The position numbers and the translations under genes are program-made. From Octopus sinensis (Eukaryota), in contig NC_043007.1 in NCBI RefSeq assembly GCF_006345805.1, positions 52,886,001 through 52,950,000 on the forward strand: a DNA stretch of 64,000 nucleotides, in the 5' to 3' direction. The notes beneath the pieces are model-generated. The model ran no database searches. It saw nothing but the letters and a program-made list of their open reading frames with translations, and was not told the origin of the DNA. This document shows, one piece after another, positions 41,180 to 53,061 of this stretch; within the stretch, counting starts at the first letter, position 1; every line of letters begins with the position of its first letter.

Positions 41180-44035
41180 CACGTATAGTTACAATTATAT
41201 CTGTCTACGTCCCACAAGTGGGCCTACTAAATGAACAGAAGGACCACTTTAATGATACTCATCTTTGTGGCTGGGGATTTCAATGGTCATGTTGGACAGC
41301 AGCCCAGTATCTACCATGTTGTTCATGGGGGGCATGGAATTGGTTCCTGAAACAAAGAAGGAACAAGGCAACTGGAGGTCTGTGATGCAAATAACCTTTT
41401 AATCTGCAACACCAACTTCAGGAAGCCAGTCGGCCACCTGATAACCTATCAATAAGGTGACTCTGCTAGCCAGATAGGTTTCATTGTTGTTCCTAAATCT
41501 CTCAACGCGAGATATTCAGTAGCAACACTTTAAAGTAATGATTATTTGCCAACATAATGTGACAGTCCTGTTTGGAGCAGATGCAACTGTTGTTTAACCC
41601 TAGGAGGCATCATCTCCAGATGGCTATATGACGCACAATCTGTCATATTTTCGACAGGGAAGGTTAGAACCCAGCTTTGTGCTGGGAGGAGGTGCTAATC
41701 TCCCCAGTTTGAAACTATAGGGACACAGATCATGTGTCATATAGCCAGCTGGAGACGATGTCTTCTGGGGCTGAACAACAGTAGCAACCACCCCAAATGG
41801 GACTGCCACACTAGGTTGGCAAATAATATATAGATTTCATTCTCACCAGACAGTGGGATGCATGGTTGCTCTTAAATGCAAAGACCCTCCCTGGTGAAGA
41901 ATGTACCCCCCCAGCAAAGACTTAGCGAATTTAAACTTCAGGCCAGAAGGATGCCAAGAAGCAGACCAATATGGAAAAGAAGGGTTTGGAAACTTAAGGA
42001 CCCTTCATATGGTCAGAAATTTAGGGACAACTTAACTGAGAAATTTGATGAGAGTGAGGAGCAGCTACAAACTTGTGACAAAGAGGGTAACTGGGAATTC
42101 CTGTGGGATAGCTTGCTGAGTGCCACAGACCAAATCTGTGGCTGGTGCAAAACCCCTTCCAGACCAAGGGTAATGTGGTGGCGGAACAATGCTGTAGAGA
42201 GGGCCATTAGAGCAAAAAAACAGGCCTGGAAGAGTAGGGGCAGCAGGGAACTGTATCAGATAGCCAGAAGGGAAGCTAGAAGACAGGTATATCTAGCCAA
42301 AGGAGCAGTAGAAAAGAAAATGTTTGCCTATGTTCAGCAAAGTGAGGACCAAAAAACTGAAGTATTTCAGATTACAAGACAGTGTCAGAGAAAATTGTGA
42401 TGCCATAGGAGAGAAATGTGTCTGCATGGATGGTGGTGCACTTGTATTTAACCCTTTCGTTATCAAACCGCCCAAAGCCGCCCGAATTTACCTATTCATA
42501 TTTAAATGAGAATATCAGAGCAAATCTCTTCAGTACATTCGTGAAAACACGTTATTATGCTTCGTAAACAGTTCATCTACAGCTTTGTACAACGATCAAC
42601 GTGTAATTTTAATTCCCTGAATTTTGGGAGATTTTTTTCCACATTTTTTTCAGCATCGATTTTTCTTCAACTTTGAAAATGGATAGGAGTTTCATGTTAT
42701 CAAGCATTGATTCCAAATTGGAAAATTTGTGAAACAAATACTGGGTACTGTTGTGGATTTAGTTTTTATACAGGGAAACTAATGTTATTCAGCATGGCTT
42801 AGGGTATGATGTGGTCTGGAAGTTATTGTTTGAAGCGATATGTAAGCAAACACAAATTGGGAGTTCAAATTTCGGAAAATTTGTGAAGCAAATACTGGGT
42901 ACTGTGTGGATTTAGTTTTTATACAGGGAAAATAATGTTAGTCAGCATGGCCTAGGGAACGATGTGGTCTGGAATTTATCACTTCCATACCATAACCAGG
43001 GCCGTATATTATTTTTTGACTGATTTCTTTAATTCGGTCAAACTTATGGTGGATTCCAGTATTTCACTTTATTCCACCTTTATGGTACACCTGTTGTGCA
43101 TTAAATTCAACTGATGATGTAGTGATGTGCACAATTCTTCTTTATCAAAATTTTGTTGCATACCCATTTGAATATTAGCTGATGATTCATTTTCTATGGT
43201 GATGTTTAAACAAAATTTTAATATTTTTACCTTTTGCTCAATTTAAAATTTTAATATTTTTACCTTTTGCTCAATTTAAAATTTTAATATTTTTACCTTT
43301 TGCTCAGTTTACCTGGATTTACCTGTAATTAAAGTCCCTTTGAGACAAAAGTTATGCAATAGAATTGATTAAGAACCCTTTCTTTAATTATGCTCCAAAT
43401 ATCACATTAATATGTTGATAAGTAAAAAAGTTACAGTTGTTTAATGAAACAAGCCTAGATTCATGATTATTTTAGAATTTAATTGAAACTCATGAGGGGT
43501 GTTTTTTGGTCAGAAATATAGTAACGAAAGGGTTAATGATTCTGTAAAGAAAGAGGCTTGGAGATGCCATTATGAAAGATTGCTGAACGTTGAGAATGAA
43601 TGGGAGGAGGAGAGTCTGCCAAATGTTGACCCAATTGAGGGACCAGCTACCTGAATTGACAGTACCCTGGTAGATAAAGCAATTAAGCATATGAAGACAG
43701 GGGAAGCCCCCGGGAAACAGATTCCATTAACCACCGGGGGAGGGGGTAGAGGTAGTAGATAGCTTCCAGTATTTAGGCAACCAGGTTAGTAGTGGAGGTG
43801 GATATTCCGAGAGTGTAGCTGTGAGAATAAGATTAGAGAATAAGGCAGAGAAAACTTAGGCATAAGAGGAATCAGATGTGATGAGAGACGACTGCGCTGG
43901 TATGGTCATGTGATGTATCTGAACAAGGACAGTTGTGTAAAGAAGTGCCAATCTCTAAGTGTGGAGGGAACCTGTGGTAGAAGTAGACCCAGGAAGACAT
44001 GGGACAAGGTGGTGAAGCATGATCTTCAAAATTTT
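41180..44035 (+). mobile_element. Degraded RTE LINE interrupted by a piggyBac derivative
   Basis: Endonuclease-region homology on the left. LINE sequence resumes at 43537 exactly where it stopped at 42451. Confidence 0.8.
42452..43532 (+). mobile_element. Internally deleted piggyBac element
   Basis: 11-bp perfect TIR CCCTTTCGTTA, TTAA on both sides. Internal relic KICEANTGYCVD...HGLGYDVVWKL resembles piggyBac transposase. Confidence 0.85.
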
Positions 44036-45550
44036 CTACAAAACCACTTAGATGTTCTTGCTTCAAAGGGATTTAATGGAAAGAATTTTTTTGAGGGGGT
44101 GGAGAGAGGAGTTTTGAAAAATTCACATGATCTGACATTTTTCTCTCATAACTTTCAGGAAAACAGGTATCTTTTAATGGAAGTTTATACAAATCCCTTT
44201 CAAATGGCATAGATTACAATTATAATTGTAATCAATTTGTTCTGAGGTGGTAGATAGAGGAGTTTCAGTAAAATGGAGTTTTGGAGCAAGAAGACCAAAA
44301 AAATACAACTACTCTGTTTTGACAGGAATTTTCCCCAGTTTTTTAAAATCACAGCTTTCGTAAAGACGGGGTTGGTGGGTTCATCTTTGTATGAAAATAA
44401 GTTTCAAAAACTCTTATTTTTTTTGCAAACCACTCCTCCCTCATCATCCCACACCATACCTATTTTGGTCAATTTTTTTGCTCTTCAAAACCATGGGAGG
44501 AGCCTGTTTGGTAAATAAAAAAAAAAAATTAATATTTTCAGAGGGGTAAGTGAGTGATCTGAGGGCAATTTGGCAGTTGTTTCCAGCACAACCAAAGAAA
44601 ATTTGAGAAATTATGAACTTTTGAAACCCCACTCCCTGCCCCTGATCGTTTCTGTTTAGAAATTAAAATATTGGAGAGCCTGAGAAGGTCACTGCTGGCA
44701 TTTATCCACAGTGATTTTAAAAGAGTGTTGCGCAAATGATAATTTATTTTAATAGCATAATTTCGTTAGGAAATGTTTTTCTTACACACACACACACACA
44801 TACAGAGCTTTGCTTGATTGAGGTGGGGGTAACAATTTAGATTACAATTTTTATTGTTGCTTATATTCCACCAATGGACCACACATATGTTACTTCAGCA
44901 TCATCATTCCATAAAATGCGTTTAACGGGAGAAAATTATTGAAAAAACATCAATACATGTGAGAGGGTGGTTTGGGTTGTACTACAAACAACAGCAAAAC
45001 CTCCCTTGAATTGTTCACCTTTTCCTCTGAAAATATTTACAATTTTATTTATTTATCTTTTTTAACTGAAAAGGCTCCTCTCATAGATTTTTAAGTTAAA
45101 AAGCCAACATTGGTCCAACTAGTTATTATTGTAAGGCTTATAGCATTCTAAATAGCCATAACAACAAACTCCTTTCTTTATTTACAAAAATGATACTGGT
45201 ATATTAAAAAAATTTCATTCAAGAAATAATATTTTTACATTATGTACACATTAATAGAATAAAAGGTCAGTTTTCCAAATAGCAAATTAGAACTTGAAAT
45301 GAAAACATTGAAATAGAGAGTGAGAGACTTTGCAAATGAAAATGGAATACTCCACAGTGAATGCAACAAATATTTAAATTTGTGAAAAATTGAAGTTTAA
45401 AAATCAGAATTACAGGAAATTTCTTGGAACAGAAGTTTATAGAAAAATTTCCAGATGGTCAAGCCTTTAATAATTACTTTTTTTAAGTACTTATAGTAAC
45501 TGCTACAGTCCAAATTAATAAGCAGCTTTCTCCATTATAATATATATATA

Positions 45551-45741
45551 AAGGGAAAGTTTACGAAAATAAACAAAAGACGAAGGCAGGTGGAGTACAA
45601 ACAAACAAATGTATTAGTATAGCGCTCATGAATAGAATAAGTCTTTTACGTTTCAAGCCTATGCTCTTTGACAGAAAGATACACAGAAAAAAACAAGGAG
45701 AGAAAAAATGCGTGTACGAGCTAACGATCTATCATGGCGTC
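45551..45741 (-). mobile_element. 191-bp mini-element with hammerhead-like motif, flanked by (TA)n
   Basis: Minus 45679-45642 reads TCTTT CTGTCAA A GAGC ATAG GCTT GAAA CGT A AAAGA. Homologous to 33381-33620. Confidence 0.6.
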
Positions 45742-46027
45742 TATATATATGACTGACAGAGGTAGTTGAGTTTAATCCTAGGTGTTAAGAGTCACTGATG
45801 AGGATTAAAATGGTTTACATCAAAATTCAAAACCACGACCTATGTAGGCTGGGAACTTACCTCCCTTTGTCAGTCATTAAGACAGTGATTTTGTGGCTTT
45901 TTGAATTGTTTTAACTCTTCTTTAGCAAAAGCGGTGCTAGTCAATACTCTCTGTCACTTTTGTGACCTTTAGGTTCTAATTACTAATAAGCCATGCTTTT
46001 ATGATTTGTTATTTAATTTTATATATA

Positions 46028-46735
46028 CAGGGTGTGGTGAATAAATTGTTCTCTAAATTACGCAAAAATGAAAATAACACAGACATCTCATTTTAACAGA
46101 TATATTTAACAAAATTACATAAAAATATCTTGAAATACTAAAGAGCAAATTTATTCAATCAAATCACCATTGGCTTCAACCATGGCCTCCAGACGACTTT
46201 GGAATCTCCTGCAACGCTTCTGGGCAGTCTCTTTGTGTAAGTTGGTGAATGCTGCTGTAATCCTTGCCTTCAGTTCATCTTTGGTATTACAAGGAGTTTT
46301 GTTGGTCTCTCGCTCAACTATACCCCACACATAATTATCAAAGGGGTTGCAGTCTTCCAGCAGCCAACCTCTTGACCCAGGGCACTTGATATAGGCCTCC
46401 ATGTTGAGTCTGAGGTTGTGTGGGAGATAAATGGAGGCATAATGCCACCATCACCAGTGATCACTCCAAACACCATGACGTTGACTGGATGTCTGATTTT
46501 TATCACTTTTGGTACATGTTTTTGGGACACGACAAGCCTGTTCTGTTTGTTCACCATCTGATTTTGGTAGAAATTTTTCTTATATGACAAAAACCAAAGC
46601 ATGTTTAGTTAGAGGGGATGCTTGAGTTTGCTCAAAAGCTTCGTAGAGCATTTTTTGCTCTTGTCCTTGATAGCTCGCGATAAAAATTGGCCCTTTCTCA
46701 TCTTGTATGAGGAATACCAAATGTATTCATGGCTG
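46028..46735 (-). mobile_element. Tc1/mariner-superfamily fragment (DD37D/maT-like), 3' half with one TIR
   Basis: DCNPFDNYVWGIVERETNKTPCNTKDELKARI...LEAMVEANGDLIE. Terminal TA-CAGGGTGTGG at 46026-46037. Confidence 0.8.
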
Positions 46736-47080
46736 TGGCCTTGCTGGAGTACCATCAGTGCAATCACTTTTCAGTAGCCAGTCTCATGTAATTGGCTTTT
46801 GGTGAAAGAGGGAGTGTGACACAGCTACCCTCTTGAGTTTCTTACCATGATATAGATTCCTCTGGGACCTTGGACAGCAGGAGATTGAGTTGTCTCTTGG
46901 AAACTTCTACTCCTACTCCATGACGATCGCTCATTAAAAACTGATGGGTTCATGTCCCAAGTTACTACAGTACATAGTCCTCAGTCTAGATGGCATATAT
47001 ACATACCTACTCACATACATAAGTTTACCTATTTATCTACATTTATACTTACATCATACATACACAATTCTATATATTCA

Positions 47081-47476
47081 TCTATATATATAAAACTCAA
47101 CTTGTGTGCCTCTGTGTGTGTTTGTGTGTTTAACTTCCCGGCACATCTCCTCCTAGCCAACAAATCGTAGAACCATCAAAAATGGGTCACTTAAAGTTTA
47201 GGCGAATGAAAATTGAACTGCGCTATTTCTGTTCCGAAATTAATCTCGCAAGTGCAAAAATCAATAATGTGTTTGTTTAGGCCTTATCCCATGCATTGAA
47301 TAGTGAACTTTACTCAGTCAGCTGTTTGACGTTAACTGTGTTCACCACGCATGCAAGCATGTGTAAATTGCATGAAAAATAAAAAATCAAGATATAAAAA
47401 CGAATTGCCGTAAACGTTGTAGAAATTCAGCAAAGAAATGAATTTTCGGGATGTAGCCTGGAGGGGTTTTTCCGTA

Positions 47477-47511
<35 letters not shown>

Positions 47512-47735
47512 TCATATATATATGTATGTATATATATTCAAAATGTGACCGCGTGTGTACCGTTGGCGATTTTTTTCCCTCTGTCTTCCCTTCTCTGGAT
47601 CTTTCCTTCTCCTATGTTTCCGACGAAGAGCTCCGCTCGAAACGTTAAACCGTCCTTCTTTCCTGAGCGTCCAATAATACTATATTTGTTCCACGTTCTA
47701 GCGTTGTGTTTTTTTGTGCTTTCTTGTTTGGATTA

Positions 47736-47773
<38 letters not shown>

Positions 47774-48082
47774 CACATATATATATATACATATATATAT
47801 ATAATTATTGAAGTAGATAAATGAATTATCTTATTACGGATAATTCGAAAGATAACCAATACCTGGGTAGCAAAATTCACAACAGAAAGGGCACGGTTGA
47901 AGTTACGACCATGGGGCATAAAATCCGTGCCTTAGTGCGGAAATTTGAAGTTTTACATATTAAGTATAGGAAAGAATGGAGCTGAACGAAGATTTAACAA
48001 AATTCCTTTATTTTATTTTCGACATATGTTTCGAAGTCTGCAAAGTCCCTAATTCCGATTGAATAAGGAGTCCATTTTGCAG

Positions 48083-48129
<47 letters not shown>

Positions 48130-48394
48130 TATAATAGAAGAAGGCTCACTCTTCCTTCCGTAGAAGAAAAAATTCAAATCGGACCATGTTAACACCAAAA
48201 ATTATTTACATCAAAAAGGTGCCTTTTTCTATGAAAATCCCTATTTTTTTACGATGTTTTAACTGCTGTGTCACTATTTATCGGTGTATTTCACTTAAAG
48301 AGAATAACAAGCTACATACTGCCAAATTTTTACTTTTCAAAAATTCCAATTTTAAAGGGTCTAAACAAACCGCAACGCCGGGCGATACTGCTAG
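47081..48394 (+). mobile_element. Non-autonomous Helitron (element A) with nested inserts
   Basis: A|TCTATATATATAAAAC start. End gcaacgccgggcgatactgCTAG|T. Confidence 0.75.
47541..47740 (+). mobile_element. 200-bp mini-element with hammerhead-like motif between two (TA)n tracts
   Basis: 47616-47650 reads GTTT CCGACGA A GAGC TCC GCTC GAAA CGT T AAAC. Confidence 0.6.
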
Positions 48395-48636
48395 TATATA
48401 TATACTAAAAACTTAGTTTATAAATTAATTAAAAATCAAAATAAAAAATTTATACATTAATTTTAAACTGACGTTAATTTCAATTTTATATTAGGTTAAT
48501 ACAGGGGACATAGCTATTTTTCTATTTAGGGGAACAAAAACAAAAATAAAATCAACTAAATACAAAAAACAAGCTAAATCACAGTAAAATTAAATAAAAT
48601 AATCTCTATATCTTATATATTACATATTCATATTTG

Positions 48637-48684
<48 letters not shown>

Positions 48685-48818
48685 TATATCTATATATACA
48701 CATACATACATATATATATATACACACATATACATGAGTTAACATACATATATGTTTTTTTTATATATATTTATACTTACAGCACACATGCATACACAAT
48801 CCTATACATATAAATAAA

Positions 48819-50579
48819 TCTCTATATATAAAACTGAAATGCGTTTTTACCGCTTGGATCGCTTTCAATGCCACTACATCCTGTCCGATTCACTCCAAAA
48901 TTTACAGGGACATGTAGAATGAGGTGACGATGCTCGTGGGCTACCTTAGAAATCCCTATCTTAAAAGGTGTGGTTGCTAGGGGCCATCTTCCTCACTCAC
49001 GCTATTTCCTCCAGTACCCTCTCACTCCTCTTCATTTGACAAGTCCACTCCTGTTATTTAATGTAAAGTCTTCCTCAAATCACTCTCTCGCTATTTCCTC
49101 TCTTCCAAGAACATTTTCACTCACTCTATCTCTTAGCTTCCCATACATTTTACTCATGTATCTATCTGCGTTCATAGACAGAAACAAATATTACATCGCC
49201 ATCGCATTCTATTGTCTACCTGTCAACACACACACACACATATATACATATATCTAATATTATATTTTTATTTTTATGTTTTTGGTTTTTTACTGTTTCA
49301 TTTCCCTATTAGTGGTTTTATCTCTAATTTAATTTCTACAGCGTGCACACACACACCTATATGTGGCCCCAGTACACCCGAATGAAATCGGGTTCTCTTC
49401 ATCAAAATGTGAAAAGGGGTCTAGAATTATCATCACCACAACTTATGTATATGTCTTCCTCACTCTTTTTCCTAATGATAATTATCATCGCCACCACCAC
49501 CAACACACAATCATGACAATCTTTCTCTTAAAACAAATCATGTTTACATTGCAAAATATTTCATTTTCCCCGTCCTCTCTTTCATATATCACCTTTTCTT
49601 TTTCGAGCTCTCTCTTTTTTCGCCATCTCTATTTATTCTGCAACGAGTCTATCAATGACAGCCGCAAAAGTTTCAATATTCCTACTTCACCTCTTTCAGA
49701 AACGCAACAGATATTATTTTTTTTGCCGGGGTTAAAGCCAACTACATCCCGTCGGATTCACTCCAAAATTTACACCTTTTCTTTCTACCTCTAACTCCCC
49801 TTCAATTTCTCTTTATCTCCATTCATAAAGATAATTATCATCGCCACCACCACTACCACCAACACACAATCTGAACAATCTTTCTCTTAAAACAAATCAT
49901 GTTTACATTGCAACGACGGCTGCCACCTTCGCCGTCTCTATTTATTCTGCAAATGACCAGAACTCGGGAAACTTGGTTGAGTGTTCTATGGTCTATGGCC
50001 AGAACTCGGGAAACTTGGTTGAGTGTTCTATGGTCTATCACCAGAACTTGGGAAACTTGCTTGACTGTTCTATGATCTATGACCAGAACTCGGGAAACTT
50101 GGTTGAGTGTTCTATGGTCTATGACCAGAACTTGGGAAAATTGGTTGAGTCCTCATCTTATAAAATGTGGCCCCAGTAGACCCAAATGAAATCGGGTTAT
50201 ATTAACCAAAATGTGAAAAGGGGTTTAAATGGGGCTGGAAGGGGATTAAAATTTAAAGGAGCGGGTTACATCAAGCTAAAAGATTTGCGCCAGCCTTTTA
50301 ATCGTCAATGTGTTGCCGTCCATGATGAAGAAGTTTTGAATGCTTGCCATCGTGAGTCTACTGTCGTGAGAAAGAATCAATTCAAAACTTGGTTTTTAGG
50401 GATTTCCTTTTACATCAAGTTCAAAATTTGTGCTTTTTACGTGCCACCAGCACAGAAGCCAGTCAAGGCGGTGCTGCAATCCGCCACGTTCTGATGGTGC
50501 TTTTTACATGCTGAAAGGAAGCAACAGAAAGTAACAACCACACTCTTACCCGCGCGTAGAGTGGGTCACCTTCAGCTAG
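48819..50579 (+). mobile_element. Non-autonomous Helitron B1
   Basis: A|TCTCTATATATAAAACTGAAATGCG start. Hairpin acccgc-gcgtaga-gtgggt lies 9 nt before CTAG at 50576-50579. Confidence 0.85.
49955..50150. repeat. 42-bp minisatellite, four units plus a partial unit, inside Helitron B1
   Basis: Unit gaccagaactcgggaaacttggttgagtgttctatggtctat. Confidence 0.9.
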
Positions 50580-51143
50580 TCTCTATATATAAAACTGAAA
50601 TGCGTTTCCACCGCTTGGATCGCTTTCAAGGCCACTACATCCCGTCAGATTGACTCCAAAATTTACAGGGACATGTAAAATGAGGTGACGATGCTCGTGG
50701 GCTACCTTAGAAATCCCTATCTTAAAAGGTGTCGTTGCTAGGGCCAAAAACCCACTTTGACAAGTCAACTCCAATTCTTTTACGTATCTGTCTTCCTCAA
50801 CTCACTCACGCTATTTCCTCCCTTCCCCTCTAACTCCCCTTCACTTTCCCTTCATAACACGGCGTTCTTTATCTCGCTGTCTGCATTCAAAGAGACAATT
50901 ATCATCGCCACCACCAACACACATTCATGAGAACAAACATTATGAATCAGATATTTATTGCATTCATTTATATATGTGTGTGTGTTCTATATATAAATAT
51001 GTATATATAATGTATATATACAAAGTGTATATATCTCTATTTATGTATATTAAACTTTTTAATACTTTTTGATAGTTATATATATTTTTAAACAAATTAT
51101 AAATATAATTTAATAATTTTTATTTTAAATTTAAATAATTTAA
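50580..51143 (+). mobile_element. Helitron B2 (5' 564 bp only)
   Basis: TCTCTATATATAAAACTGAAATGCG begins immediately after the B1 CTAG. Nearly identical to 51144-51700. Confidence 0.8.
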
Positions 51144-53061
51144 TCTCTATATACAAAACTGAAATGCGTTTGGACCGTTTGGATCGCTTCAAGGCCACTA
51201 CATCCCGTCGGATTGACTCCAAAATTTACAGGGACATGTAAAATGAGGTGACGATGTTCGTGGGCTACCTTAGAAATCCCTATCATAAAAGGTGTCATTG
51301 CTAGGGCCAAAAACCCACTTTGACAAGACCACCCCCGTTCTTTTACGTATCTGTCTTCCTCACTCACGCTATTTCCTCCATTCCCCTCTAACTCCCCTTC
51401 ACTTTCCCTTTATAACACGGCGTTCTTTATCTCGCTGTCTGCATTCAAAGAGACAATTATCATCGTCACCACCAACACACATTCATGAGAACAAACATTA
51501 TGAATCAGATATTTATTGCATTCAATTATATATGTGTGTGTGTTCTATATATATATAATGTATATATACAAAGTGTATATATCTCTATTTATGTATATTA
51601 AACTTTTTAATACTTTTTGATAGTTATATATATTTTAAAACAAATTATAAATATAATTTAATAATTTTTATTTTAAATTTAAATAATTTAAATTTTTCAA
51701 TTTTATATTTTATATATTTTATATATTATATTTTTATATTTACTGTTTGATTTGCCTATTAGTGGTTTTATCTCTAATTTAATTTATACATATATATATA
51801 TATATATATAATTTGTATACATTTGTATATATAATGCGTGCACACACACACATATATATATATATACATATATATATATAATGTGTGCCTTATGTGGTCG
51901 GTCGGTTCAGCTGAAAATATGCACACCTATGTTAAAAGTGCTGGCAAGTTTGCATGACAACTATTTTTTTCCTCAAATGAAACGCGTGACCTCTAGGACA
52001 AAATTCCTCATCTTATAAAATGTGGCCCCAGTAGATCCGAATGAAATCGGGTTATATTAACCAAAATGTGAAAAGGGGTCTAAATGGGGCTGGAAGGGGA
52101 TTAAAATTTAAAGGAGCGAGTGTTTAGGAATTCTTTGTTACATCAACCTAAAAAATTTGGGCCAGCCTTTTAATCGTCAATGTGTTGCCGTCCATGATGA
52201 AGTTTTGAATGCTTGCCATGGTGAGTCTACTGTCGTGAGAAAGAATCACTTCAAAACTTGGTGTTTACGAATTTTCTTTTACATCAAGTTCAAAATTTTA
52301 CGCCAGCCGTTAAACTGTCAATACGTTGCTGTCCGTCGTTAAGAAATGCCAGCCATGGTGACTCTACTATCCTCACATTCTATCCCTTCAAACTTTGGTT
52401 TCCAATATTTTATTATTTTTATTCAGCTCGCAAGTTCGTCTGTCCCTTTTAAATGTTAGTGTTTTGCTGTCTGCCTTGAAGCAGACCTTTCCGTTGCCAC
52501 TGCCTGATATTTATGGTTGATCTTTCTAAATATTTTATTTCTCAACTTACTCAAGATCTTTTGTTGTTTATAAATGGGAGAGAGATAGATAAAGATAGAG
52601 AGTAAGAGAAAGCGAGGGAGAGTCCGAGAGAAAAGAAAAGTAAGAGAGTGGGAAAGTGAGAGAGAAACAAAGAGGGAGAATCATCATCATCATCATCATC
52701 GTTTAACGTCCGTTTTCCGTGCTAGCACGGGTTGGACAGTTTGACCGGACTCTGGGAAGCCAAGAGGCTGCACCAGGCTCCAGTCTGATCTGGCAGTGTT
52801 TCTACAAGTGGATGACCTTCCTAACGCCAACCACTCTGTGAGTGTAGTGGGTGCTTTTTTCATGCCGCCGGCACAGGTGCCAGGGGGGCTCGCAGCAGCA
52901 ACAATCGGTTGGTGCTTTTTACGTGCCACCGGCACAGAAGCCAGTCAAGGCGGCGCTGCAATCGAACACGTTCGGATGGTGCTTTTTACGTGCTGAAAGG
53001 AAGCAACAGAAAATAACAACCACACTCTTACCCGCGCGTAGAGCAGGTCACCTTCAGCTAG
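51144..53061 (+). mobile_element. Non-autonomous Helitron B3
   Basis: TCTCTATATACAAAACTGAAATGCG start. Same 3' hairpin and CTAG (53058-53061) as B1. Contains an inverted RTE tail at 52681-52990. Confidence 0.85.

Noticed and set aside
44460-45115. Old MITE with diverged inverted ends (44470-44550 versus 45020-45115)
   Set aside because: Similarity is visible but too decayed to define termini or a target-site duplication by eye.
45789-45845. Another hammerhead (CTGATGAGG...)
   Set aside because: GAAA is replaced by AAAA and I cannot close stem I. At best a dead relic.
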